NCBI RefSeq assembly: GCF_964204645.1
Contig: NC_134026.1
Coordinates: forward strand, 30,987,432-31,051,431
Length of the DNA stretch: 64,000 nt
Direction of reading: 5' to 3'
DNA from: Tubulanus polymorphus
Taxonomy: Eukaryota > Animalia > Nemertea
Below the pieces are notes generated by a model, which searched no databases, was not told the origin of the DNA, and was given only the letters and a program-made list of their open reading frames with translations. Shown here in pieces: positions 14,385 to 24,138 of this stretch (the stretch's first letter is position 1; the number at the start of each line of letters is the position of its first letter). Both the position numbers and the translations under genes were made by a program.

Positions 14385-14680
14385 AGGTAGTGCTCTCAGT
14401 AGTTCTAGTAGTAGTAGTTCATTTTCTAGGAGTTCATCTTTTAGTTCTAATAGTTCATTGGACCCTAGTAGTGCCGTAGTTACTAGTAGTAGTTCATTTT
14501 CTAGGAGTTCATCTTTTAGTTCTAATAGTTCATTGGACCCTAGTAGTGACGTAGTTACTAGTAGTAGTTCATCTTCTAGGAGTTCATCTTCTAGTTAGAA
14601 TAGTTCATTGGACCCTAGTAGTGCTGTGGTTTCTAGTAGTAGTTCATCTTCTAGTAGTTCTAGTAATTAGTTCATCTTCT
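14385..14680. repeat. Minisatellite, ~75-bp unit x ~3.7 (agtagttcatYttctaggagttcatcttttagttctaatagttcattggaccctagtagtgNcgtagttactagt)
   Basis: Direct tandem copies visible. The Ser-rich ORF at 14365-14598 is an artefact of it. Confidence 0.85.
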
Positions 14681-15059
14681 CGATGTTCTAGGTCGTGGCT
14701 GGTCGACAACTTGGTTCATCTTGCATTTGATGCATTCTTCTGACGGTCTCCATAAAAAAACACTTTCTGCGGCTGGAAATAAAGAAAATAGTAGATAATT
14801 TCTTGGAATCAGAATGTTAACGTTTACAATATGAAGCAAAGAAAAAAATATAGTTCAATCTCTGCGAGTAGAAACATGGATTATTACAACAAAATGAAAA
14901 TAAATTGGGAATACAAAAAATTACGATTTATGAAAATGATTCTATGAAATTGTTATCAAAGTGTTCACAACAACTTTATTAGATGCAATGTTACTGGATA
15001 TAAGACAATTACAATCAATCCATAATTTAGAATTCAAACTTTCTCACCATGAAAACGGA

Positions 15060-15420
15060 TGTTCTTGTTCTTGTTTTATTTAATTCAGCCCAGCACATCA
15101 GGACAGCATACAGGCAGCACGGTGGCTCAGACATGAGTGCGGCGATTTAGACAGGGCGCCAACTGCTCTCAAACCTATTGACGCGTTACCGGATTAGGTT
15201 GGGAGACTATAGGCAACGGGCTGGCATTTTTACAGTGACCAATCAGAGAGAGCATCGTCCTTGAATAGATTCACCGCGCGAGGTCGAGGTTGACTCGTTC
15301 CGCTCTGGCCGACTCGAAACCCTTCACCGCCGCCCGTTCCGCTAATAAACACCGGACTCGAACAGACCCTTCCACATTCATAGTGTATTTCATTATTACG
15401 ATAGAAAGAATTAATCAAAT
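15060..15420. promoter_or_regulatory. GC-rich island with CCAAT box (gtgaccaatcag at ~15237) between the macro-repeat and the SNRNP27-like gene
   Basis: Local GC far above the AT-rich background. CCAAT/Y-box motif present. B-box-like GTTCGAGTCC on the minus strand (~15352-15361) but no foldable tRNA. Confidence 0.25.
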
Positions 15421-16009
15421 CTTAGAGATCTTAAAATCTAATTCTTAAAGTGGCCCGCCCGTCTCTCACTCGTGACAAAAAAGCATTTTTTCAACTGGAT
15501 GTGGTTTAGACATTTTAAAACCCGATTTTCAATTAACTCAGATTTAAGACTGCACTTGGAATCAAGCCTCCAATCGGCTCCGAGAGGCAATATTATATCT
15601 CAGACAGTAGCGAGAGAGTCTGACTGATGTCATTTCGAATTCAAATTCTGGTGTCATCTCTGAATCCTCAAAGTCCCTGACTCGTTGATTCGTGATCAAA
15701 CTCAATTAGATTCACTCTCTTATAGTCCCGAGAGGTCTCGGAGCCCGCGCCTCCTCAAAATTGAGAAAATTTTGAAAATTTGCCTGCTCAAATGGCATAT
15801 TGATACCGGACCCATACGAAACTAGAAAAATATGGAAATTGTATCGACGGCGTAATCGATTCATTTTAAAAATAATATAGATCAATCTTTCGGACAAATC
15901 AGCTGATGTAAAATAAGTCTCAGTGGGGCTCGAATCGCCAAAAGTTTGTACAGGGCTGTCGAGACTGTGATTAAGAAATAACCGATTCAATATTCAATTC
16001 AATTCAATA

Positions 16010-16046
16010 ATGGGTCGCAGTAGAAGTCGTTCACCAAATCGTAGAG
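16010..16046 (+). CDS. SNRNP27: SNRNP27-like (U4/U6.U5 tri-snRNP 27 kDa protein), exon 1/6: MGRSRSRSPNRR
   Basis: ATG followed by RS-dipeptide repeats. Donor G|gtaaaa. Phase consistent with exon 2. Confidence 0.65.
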
Positions 16047-16262
16047 GTAAAAATCATTCGATTCTCAGCGTTCTGGTTCTCGATTCAAATGCAAGATGAA
16101 AATTCAGTTTAATTCAATGATTTTGTGAAACTTTTGCGTTAATTAAAGTCTTTGATCGCGCTTAAAATTGCAGAGAAAATGAGTATAATTTTAGTTTGAT
16201 AGTCGACCGCTAGGCGATAGAATAGTCGATTTGTTTTCATTTGTTTCGTCGCCTTTTTGTAG

Positions 16263-16328
16263 AAACACGAAGAAGATCGAGATCAAGAGAAAGGGATCGA
16301 AAACGTGACAGAGACGTTAGAGATAGAG
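16263..16328 (+). CDS. SNRNP27: SNRNP27-like exon 2/6 (RS/RD-rich)
   Basis: Acceptor ttttgtag, donor G|gtactt. Encodes ETRRRSRSRERDRKRDRDVRDR. Confidence 0.6.
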
Positions 16329-16868
16329 GTACTTGACTGTTTCATCTGAGAGTGAGAAATTGCCGAAATTCACAACTATATCCATAAAAAATGCAAAAAT
16401 AGCTACAATGTTACTGAAAGTGAAAGAAAGCTTGTGGGAATGGAGAAGGCTCAAATAACAATATGCTTTTTAAATTTTAGAATTATCTCCAGTAGTTTTC
16501 GAGATATCGCAAATTTAAGTTTGAAAATTTTGAACGAAAAGTGTCTTCATGTTTCAATACGCTTAAACTGTGATCTAAAAGTCACTACTTGCTATTTACC
16601 ACCACCTCCTCGTGTGCATGCTGTGTGCTGGTCTTTTTGAAACGATTGTAGTCATCAATCAGTATCCAGATGCTTGATGCATAATTCTCATGCTGATGCA
16701 TAAAGATTTTATATATTTCATGACACTGAACCCAGGAAATGAACTGTAGGAGTTCAAAGAGTTAACTCTAACTCACAACTGGAAAACTGGTCCAAAAAGA
16801 GTGGGTTCAAACAACTGCTAGAAATAAAATAAATCGGTGTAGAAATGTTTTCTCATTATATTTTACAG

Positions 16869-16947
16869 ACAGGGATCGTTACAATAGAAGGTCAAGGTCG
16901 AGGTCACCGGTGATTCTTCCTCGTAGGAGGTCAAGGTCGCGATCTAG
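16869..16947 (+). CDS. SNRNP27: SNRNP27-like exon 3/6 (RS-rich)
   Basis: Acceptor ttttacag, donor AG|gtaaat. Encodes DRDRYNRRSRSRSPVILPRRRSRSRS. Confidence 0.6.
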
Positions 16948-17030
16948 GTAAATATAGGCCTATATCTTACAGGGTTTCCCTGTGTTCTACTCTGCAGAAA
17001 TGCCTAAGATGTTTTTTATTTTTCCTTCAG

Positions 17031-17107
17031 GGATCGCTCAGAAAAACAGAATGTCAACACATCAGGTCCAACTAATCCGAAATTATTGTCGAAACCTGAA
17101 GTCAGCG
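17031..17107 (+). CDS. SNRNP27: SNRNP27-like exon 4/6
   Basis: Acceptor ttccttcag, donor G|gtgagt. Phase-consistent. Confidence 0.55.
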
Positions 17108-17267
17108 GTGAGTTTGAGTTTTATTGAATTGAGAACCCAGTTTTACGCCTTAAATTACAGTTAAAACATTGGAAATAAACTCACTTTAACTCTTTGAATC
17201 AAACTAGACCTACGTGTTCTGTGTTTACAATTGAGTCCTGGTCCACTGTACTTCAATCTCTAAGTGA

Positions 17268-17470
17268 GGTCTAAAACCTTCAGACCGGTCTTAAGTTCTA
17301 AGTTTTGTTATAAAACTAGAATGAGCTTAGACTGGTCTTAAGTTGCCTTAGATTGGTTATAGAACCAAAATGAGCTTAGACTGGTCTTAAGTTGTTAGAT
17401 TGGTTATAGAACCAAAATGAACTTAGACTGGTCTTAAGTTGTTAGATTGGTTAGAATTAGACTGGTCTTG
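17268..17470. mobile_element. MITE family A cluster (core gaccagtcttaagttgttagattggttatagaaccaaaatgagcttag) in SNRNP27 intron 4
   Basis: Same element at 26385-26470, 36462-36785, 47935-48140 and 53800-53940. Confidence 0.7.
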
Positions 17471-17528
17471 CTGTGGAAAAGCCTTGACTATGAAACTGGT
17501 CCAATACGTATGTTGTATCTATTTACAG

Positions 17529-17608
17529 AGGCAGAAGCAGCTGAAATTTCTCCCGAAGATCAAGAGATGATGAAAGTTATGGGTTTTGGAGGTTTTGATA
17601 CAACAAAG
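17529..17608 (+). CDS. SNRNP27: SNRNP27-like exon 5/6 (EAEAAEISPEDQEMMKVMGFGGFDTTK)
   Basis: Conserved DUF1777/SNRNP27 C-terminal motif MMK.MGF.GFD.TK. Acceptor atttacag, donor AAG|gtttct. Confidence 0.8.
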
Positions 17609-17693
17609 GTTTCTATTTCACTGCTGTTATTGAGAACTCTCTTCATGATGTAATTATTATAATATGACAAAACGATTTGCTGTTTACTTTCAG

Positions 17694-17810
17694 GGTAAAC
17701 AAGTCGATGGCAATAACATTTATCAAGCAAATTTATTACGAAAAAGACGTTACAGACAATACATGAACAGGAGAGGTGGATTTAATAGACCACTAGATTT
17801 TATAGCTTAA
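17694..17810 (+). CDS. SNRNP27: SNRNP27-like exon 6/6 (...[22 protein letters not shown])
   Basis: C-terminus matches the SNRNP27 family signature [17 protein letters not shown]. Stop TAA at 17808-17810. Confidence 0.85.
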   Translation, partial: GKQVDGNNIYQANLLRKRRYRQYMNRRGGFNRPLDFIA

Positions 17811-18057
17811 ATGATGTTGCGTAACCGTCCTGTGGTGCGAACTTTATGAACTCTGTAGTGTGTCGGTGTCCCCCTAGGGGTCACTGAAGCTCGAAGATAC
17901 TGATATTTGTGAGAGATGTTTTATTTAAAAATCGATCTGCTATTATGTAAATGAACGGAAATAAATGTTGTAAATAACTTCGATTTTCTTTGTATTCGTT
18001 TGTGACTGTAGGTATATCCCCGCTGGTCACATCTGACGTCATTCGAGGATTTCCAAC

Positions 18058-18350
18058 ATGGCCGCGCCCATGAAAATACACGTTTTATTGAATATTTCTC
18101 GGTTTTTACGTTTTCCTAGTTTGCCTCTGATCGTATGTAGTCGGTTTAACGGTAGAATCAGTAAAGGGAAATTTAGGACGGTTTCCGAGGAGCAGAAACT
18201 AAAATTCCAGAGAAAAACTGGCGGTAGACTGCGTGATCGTACTGAGTACCAAAATGAACCGATTTACAGCAGCCATAACCAACAAGAACTAAAAACTCCA
18301 ACTTCAGAACTGAAATATTTGAAACTTGAAGATGGGGACCGGCGATTTGT
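18058..18350 (+). CDS. MRM3: SpoU/TrmH-family RNA 2'-O-methyltransferase (MRM3/RNMTL1-like), exon 1/4 with presequence-like N-terminus
   Basis: ATG at 18058, ORF to donor GT|gtaagt. N-terminus is basic and hydroxylated (MAAPMKIHVLLNISRFLRFPSLPL). Confidence 0.6.
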
Positions 18351-18729
18351 GTAAGTTACGAATTCTCGGTTTAAGTCGGATGTGAGAAGCATGGGTTTTT
18401 GGAGCGACTGCTGCAGTTTGTGTCCCTCTGTTATTACGTATCGCCTATCGGTACAAAAAGCCACACAGTAGAAAGGTGACCTTAGATGCAGTTAGACCGC
18501 CAGCATGTAAGCTCTCAGTACATCCAGTACTCAGAGCGCAGCTAATCGACGGCCACTCTCTGGACTTGATGAAACTTTATGATGAAGTTTTCCTGTCCAA
18601 GTTTTGGTCACCTTCCCACTTCCCACTTGCGTTATTAGTACAGTTATGGTTGTCTTAGGTACAGACAACTGCAGTCTCTCATACGGTTATATTGAAAATT
18701 CAGTCGTTCTATTTTATTTTCTGTTTTAG

Positions 18730-18980
18730 TAAAGTTGTCAGCTCCGCAAAATCGAGGAAATATCGCGAGGAAGAAGAGTTAATTCTACTGGAAGGAAAAC
18801 GACTGATAAATGATGCGTTATCTTCGGGAGTGAAATTAAAATCTCTTTATTTCACTCGGAAAGATCTGTTAAACGAACTTCAATCTTTATCGCAGTTAGA
18901 ATACAAATATCAGTTATACAAAATACAGTATCAAAGTTTAAAAATCTGGTCAGATGTAAAAACACCATCAGGATTACTGG
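18730..18980 (+). CDS. MRM3: MRM3-like exon 2/4 (SpoU substrate-binding-like region LLEGKRLINDALSSG)
   Basis: Acceptor ctgttttag, donor G|gtaaat. Phases link exon 1 to exon 3. Confidence 0.65.
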
Positions 18981-19216
18981 GTAAATAGTGTAGAACCTAT
19001 CTGTGCAGTAAAATTCACACATGGCTTCAATCAAACTTATCTTGAACTTGCTGTAAAATGAAATGAATTCTGATTTTGTTTGATCGTAAACTTGGAACTA
19101 ATTTTGTCTCTCGTACCAGTTTGTAATAGTAAGGACTGGGCGAGGTTTACTGGTACGTGAAGTTTCTTCGACAGATCATCATCTCAATTATTGATTTCAA
19201 GTTTTTTTACTTGCAG

Positions 19217-19366
19217 CTGTGTTTAAGAAACCGCCTCCAGTCGCCGCGCCGCAATCACAATTCCCTTTAACCATCGTTTGTGATAACATCAGAGACCCAG
19301 GAAATATGGGGACAATCATCCGATCAGCTGCAGCAGCTGGATGTCAGAGGATTCTATTCTCAAAAG
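19217..19366 (+). CDS. MRM3: MRM3-like exon 3/4 (SpoU motif 1: IVCDNIRDPGNMGTIIRSAAAAG)
   Basis: Acceptor cttgcag, donor AAAG|gtttta. Classic SpoU MTase motif. Confidence 0.8.
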
Positions 19367-19684
19367 GTTTTATTTGATATATTCAATTCACTGAATTCTG
19401 GGTGGTCACTGACCTGACAAAACTTGAGGAATCAGAAAAAAACGGGGACAATTTGGGGAATTCAAATAATGTTATTGTTCTTGATCAATACTTGATTCAA
19501 TGAAAAATATATGAATTGTAAGATTTTGAATCTTGAAATTTCTCTGATTCACTCCTGGAATTGTGTTATAACGTGGACAAATCAGCGAAAACTCAGGGGA
19601 TTTAGGTAACTGGGTGGAAAGTGGCCTCACAGGAATGTAATGAACGTTTTAAGATAGTTTCAATTGTTAATTGTATTTTTGTAG

Positions 19685-20244
19685 GATGTGTTGATGTTTG
19701 GGAGCCGAAAGTATTACGTTCTGCAGCCGGTGCTCATTTCAAAATTCCTCTAATCGATAATCTCGAATGGTCGACGATATCCGCTTATATCCGACAAAAT
19801 TCGGCGGTGTTCCTCGCGGATATCACTAAAAACAACGACGGAGACGAAATCAATCGCGATCAATTACTAGCGGAACTCGAGAATGAGGAAAACACGTACG
19901 AGATTCCGGATTCGGGAATTGATAATGATAACGAAATTCGGTCGGAAAACAACGAGGACGATTCATCGTCCGAAACTGAATTTCATAAACACCTCGCTAT
20001 TTCAAATAAACCGTATTACGCTATAAACTACGCTAGGAACGATAGCGTAACGTTAGTGATCGGTGGTGAAACTGAAGGCATCAGTAGCGCCGCCTATAAA
20101 CTCGTATTTGATAGATTCGGCGAGAAAGTCTTTATTCCGATGATTAAAGGAATCGATAGTTTGAATTCAGCGATCGCCTGCAGCGTCATCGCCTTCGAGA
20201 TTAAGAGACAATTTCAACAATTGAAAGATAATGAAAACGATTAG
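19685..20244 (+). CDS. MRM3: MRM3-like exon 4/4 (SpoU motifs 2 and 3: LVIGGETEGIS, IPMIKGIDSLNSAIACSVIAFE) with acidic insertion
   Basis: Acceptor tttttgtag. ORF to TAG at 20244. SpoU C-terminal knot motifs present. Confidence 0.8.
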
Positions 20245-21236
20245 GAACAATTCACCGACTCTTCCTTCGATTCAACTCTTCCTTCGATTCAACTCTTTCT
20301 TCGATTCAACTCTGACATCTTCGCAGAATTAGAGAATATATAAATATACAATGGATATTGATTGAGATATTGTTCTGTATTTATTGAGCACCTTTTACTA
20401 CAATACTTCAATGTATGATATGCAAATATATCATTAAGCCAAATTTACAAATGCGATTGTTACTAATATAAAATTGATGAAATCAATTGGATCAATATTA
20501 ACAGTCAATATTTGTTGCTATAGAGATTGTTTGAATATTGAGCAGATTTTGGTGGGCGTTGTGTTGCTAATAGTGATGATTATTTTCACATTTCTCATGT
20601 TTTGATTTGAAATTAACATAAAAACGTGCAGTACAACTTAATTGAATCGTCGCATTATTGAATTTGTCTTGAATTCAATCCGATTTAAGTGTTTATTTGG
20701 ATAAGTCGTCAACATGTCCGAACTACGACAAGATAACCAAGTTTGCTGGTGGCGGAAAAGTTCCGTTTTAATAATCTCCTAATGTAAACAGTTAATATAT
20801 AATTCTATAAAGATGAAACAAACAAACAGCAGTTTGATTCAAATGGACGCTTCCTCTCGGTACAAACGTGTTACAAAAAAATCGATACAAATACAAGTAC
20901 GGTACTTGAGTCTAAAATATCAACTTTAACAGTAAAATAATTCACTATAAAACTGATTTAGCACCTTTATTTCATACTTTCTCAGTTGACTGTGCCGCCT
21001 GCCACAAAGCCAATCTTAGGATTATCATGCGTCACCGAGCAAGGATTATCATTTTATCACATTACCTTTGGATTACCTTTTCCAATTCATGAGATAATGA
21101 CCGATTGACTGGCCAGCAATCTACACGCCCCCTCACAGAGATACAACAGTACCGATCGGCGATCTGAAGCAAGCGCACAGTCTAACGTACAAATCTATAT
21201 TTACAAAAACCGGTTTTAATAAAACAAAATGAGAAT

Positions 21237-21452
21237 CTAAACAGTATCGAAGCACATGATGTCATAACTGAAGACGGTTAGAACAATGATTGACAGGTAC
21301 AATCTGACAGCTGCTGCTGCTGCTGTCGATGAAGAATGGAATAACGAACTTCCTCCATTGATCTGTAAACTCAGCGTTAAATTCTGTATAACATGTCGTC
21401 CTTCTTTAACGTGAATATTCACTTTCTCTGAGGAAAAATTGGAATTCTCTGC
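21237..21452 (-). CDS. M14B carboxypeptidase (CPD/CPM/CPE-like), terminal exon 8/8: end of transthyretin-like domain, Ala-run, hydrophobic TM-like segment LYLSIIVLTVF, short tail
   Basis: Acceptor ttttcag. Frame continues from exon 7. Stop at 21237-21239. The 3' end could alternatively be spliced. Confidence 0.5.
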   Translation of the reverse strand, partial: AENSNFSSEKVNIHVKEGRHVIQNLTLSLQINGGSSLFHSSSTAAAAAVRLYLSIIVLTVFSYDIMCFDTV

Positions 21453-21496
21453 CTGAAAAATTAACATATGCATGTTTAATAATGAAGTGCTGAATT

Positions 21497-21722
21497 CGTG
21501 GCTGGTTATTTCCAAGATGATGTTTTATTCGTGTCTAGTTATTTCCGCGATGTTTAATTTGTGGCTAGTTATTTCCAAGATGATGTTTTATTCGTGTCTA
21601 GTTATTTCCGCGATGTTTAATTTGTGGCTAGTTATCTCCACAGATGCTTTATTCATGGGTGGTTATTTCCACGATGATGTTTTATTCGTGCCTAGTTATT
21701 TCTGCTTTTACCTTGATTTGAT
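21497..21722. repeat. 41-bp tandem repeat x ~6 (gtggctagttatttccaagatgatgttttattcgtgtctag) inside carboxypeptidase intron 7
   Basis: Direct tandem copies. ORF 21472-21789 is an artefact of it. Confidence 0.85.
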
Positions 21723-21857
21723 AATTTCCCGGTATCAGAATCCTCCAATATTCTCCTTGTCGCGACGTTTTTATGAATCGATGATTTAAACCATTCACAA
21801 CAATGACAGCGTTAGCGACCGGGTTTCCATGCAAATCTTTGACGTAACCATACACAC
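21712..21857 (-). CDS. Carboxypeptidase exon 7/8 (transthyretin-like domain: GVYGYVKDLHGNPVANAVIVVNGLNH...GEYWRILIPGNYQIK)
   Basis: Matches CPD/CPE post-catalytic domain pattern GxxGFVxDxxGNPIxNAxIxV...DGDYWRLLxPGxY. Donor AAG|gtaaaa. Confidence 0.75.
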
Positions 21858-21999
21858 CTCAAAAATATAAATTATCAATGAGGACATGAACATGGATGCT
21901 CGGTAGATTAAAATCTGGGCTGTTGACGATTGTTAAACTGTCAGTCTAACAATCGTCCATTGTTAAACTGAGCCTGAAATTAAACATCATATCACATAC

Positions 22000-22152
22000 C
22001 TGTATAAACTTGCTGAAGAAAATGAATCATTGATTGTTTGTTCCTGTTCCAATGATCTTCTAACTGATTGTTATTGGGATATTTACAACAGGAAATCTCG
22101 AGTGTCAGTTCTAAACATCCGGCATGGACATAATTATAATCCTGCATGCCAC
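22000..22152 (-). CDS. Carboxypeptidase exon 6/8 (GGMQDYNYVHAGCLELTLEISCCKYP...)
   Basis: Hallmark M14B motif GGMQDYNY...E.TLELSCCK. Acceptor tacatatag, donor G|gtatgt. Confidence 0.85.
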
Positions 22153-22199
22153 CTATATGTAAAATAGTGAATTAACTTTGAGCGGTTCTAAAATAACAG

Positions 22200-22292
22200 A
22201 TCCAGTTTCACAGTTGTGAGCTATTGAAGTTAAAATTAGTTTATTTTCAATCAAGAGGACTCAAATCTCAACTCAGCAACTGTGGAAGTATG
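22200..22292. mobile_element. MITE family B copy (TIR ggatccagttccacagttgtgag ... ctgtggaa) in carboxypeptidase intron
   Basis: Related copies at 42481-42600 and 61105-61215. Tandemised forms at 23821-23932, 33757-34217 and 53135-53470. Confidence 0.65.
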
Positions 22293-22332
22293 CCCCGGTT
22301 AATCTGGATGAGCACGGATGATGGATACATAC

Positions 22333-22503
22333 CCGCGACAGTGTACCAGTGAGCACCGTTAGTAATACCGCCCGGGAATATCTCTCCATCGCAGCCGATT
22401 GTTGCCATCGTCGGGTGATTCGTAGCGTAAACTGACGCGATTCGTTTGAACAATGAATCGTCGGGGGAGGCGTGATATTCAGGTTCATCGTTTACGTAGC
22501 TTC
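22333..22503 (-). CDS. Carboxypeptidase exon 5/8 (SPDDSLFKRIASVYATNHPTM...FPGGITNGAHWYTVAG)
   Basis: Conserved M14B motifs SPDD and FP.GITNGA.WY. Acceptor ctattttcag, donor G|gtatgt. Confidence 0.85.
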
Positions 22504-22619
22504 CTGAAAATAGATTTCAAATCCGACCGACTAGCGACACCTGGCGATGGATCCTTGCTTGCCGCAGTAGAGAGAGTCGTTATTACAATAACCATAGCAA
22601 ATCAAAAGTTCATAAATAC

Positions 22620-22813
22620 CTCCTTTTATGTTATCGTACGGATAATTAGCGACTAGGATTCCTCCGTGTAGTTGCGCCGATAAAACAAACGGTATTTCTT
22701 TCAACCATTTCATCACAGCTACAGTTTCAGGTTGTATCGGAGGATGAGGCGTCGAGGATGGCTCGAAGATGTACGGAAAATTCCGGTTCAAATCCTCATT
22801 GTTTGCGTTATAT
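22620..22813 (-). CDS. Carboxypeptidase exon 4/8 ([11 protein letters not shown]...[21 protein letters not shown])
   Basis: Catalytic-core motifs NRNFP and [15 protein letters not shown]. Acceptor atgtttag, donor G|gtattt. Confidence 0.85.
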
Positions 22814-23265
22814 CTAAACATTGAAAATATTCATCAGAAACGTTGAATAAGAACATAGCTCAGTGCTTAGTCCTATACAGCTCAGTGCTTAAGTAAAAAT
22901 TTTGCTAGGAAATTTCAGCAAAAAGTGATCATATTATTAGATAAAATGTTTAATGTAAATACCAGGATGAGGGTTTGTAGCCGCAGTCGGACTGAGATGA
23001 AAGTCAGCACTTTTTCCTGGCATAGCACTTTTTGATTTAGGATTTTGTCTATGATAATTAAGCATCAATCAGGGCCTATCCTAGTTTTTTCCAAAAGCTT
23101 TTCAGACTTTGTCCGACAGACTCATTCGAAACCCTGTTAATAAGTCAATAGGGGTTAATATAACCTGAATTACACAGAGTGTGAATTATCAAACAAATCA
23201 AATCAGGGCAACACCATTAACAACAATAGAGGCAGTTAAAACAAACTAGAACTACGTGTAATTAC

Positions 23266-23438
23266 CTTCCGACAATGTCGTAACAATCACCTTCATGTGC
23301 AATTTCAAAACCATCAGGATTCATACTAATTAACAAGTGAATTCGAGTTGATTGAATTAATTTCGTAATCGTGGAATTTTTGCCGTATTCACTGAGCAAA
23401 TAAACAGCTAAATGTAACAATAATTCCTTCCCGACCGG
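23266..23438 (-). CDS. Carboxypeptidase exon 3/8 (PVGKELLLHLAVYLLSEY...IHLLISMNPDGFEIA)
   Basis: Matches PVGRELLL.LA.YL and IH..PS.NPDGFE. Donor AG|gtaatt. Confidence 0.8.
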
Positions 23439-23668
23439 CTGAAAAAATTCAACATTTTGAGTTTAGTTTGAATCTAGAGACAAAGAAAATCTGGTTAAAA
23501 TCAAACTCAAACTGACTTTGCCACAGTTGGGACAATTATCAGATTCATTACTCATAACCAAATGAAGACAAATACTTTAAATTGGAAATAAAAATTGGGA
23601 ATCAAAAATAGAGATGACTTCAGTGAGGACCTAAACTAGTTTGACTACCGGGTACTTGAATAGATTAC

Positions 23669-23766
23669 CTCATTTCCATGGATATTTCCGACATATTTAA
23701 TTTCTGGAATGAGTGCAGAGTGGACAGCAGGACGAGTACCGATAGCTAGAACCCATAATTCACGCC
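23669..23766 (-). CDS. Carboxypeptidase exon 2/8 (GRELWVLAIGTRPAVH...EIKYVGNIHGNE)
   Basis: Zn-binding HxxE region motif KY.GN.HGNE. Acceptor tgaacag, donor GAG|gtaatc. Confidence 0.8.
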
Positions 23767-23820
23767 CTGTTCAAAAATTTAAAAACTTAAACATTTAATT
23801 ATATACAATAATAAGAACAG

Positions 23821-23932
23821 CGGAACTGGATCCTAAACTGTGGAACTGGATCCTGAACTGTGGTACTGGATCCTGAACTGTGGAACTGGATCCTGAACTG
23901 TGGAACTGGATCCTGAACTGTGGAACTGGATC
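23821..23932. repeat. 22-bp tandem array (gaactgtggaactggatcct x ~5) of family B in carboxypeptidase intron 1
   Basis: Direct tandem copies. Same unit forms the larger array at 33757-34217. Confidence 0.8.
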
Positions 23933-23954
23933 TTGGATAGTTTTTGATACATAC

Positions 23955-24138
23955 CTTGGACGGATTTGCCAATGCTATAAATGTGAGTTGTATTCGGATA
24001 TTGTTTGTGAATATTCTGAAGTAATTGCGACATTGATGCGTATTCATGATATCCAAAATCGACAGAGATTGAATTCACCGAAATCAACAGCAAAACTGTA
24101 ACAGTATAAAACAAGCATAGCTTTGACTGTGACATCAT
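23955..24138 (-). CDS. Carboxypeptidase exon 1/8: signal peptide MMSQSKLCLFYTVTVLLLISVNS plus N-terminus ...HIYSIGKSVQG
   Basis: ATG at 24138 (minus). Hydrophobic signal peptide. Motif H.YSIGKSV.G typical of the M14B N-terminus. Donor G|gtatgt. Confidence 0.75.

Noticed and set aside
14365-14598. Ser-rich 77-aa ORF
   Set aside because: Translation of the 75-bp minisatellite at the edge of the macro-repeat.
15712-15990. 92-aa minus-strand ORF upstream of SNRNP27
   Set aside because: No motif and lies in a probable promoter or 5' region. No splice partners.
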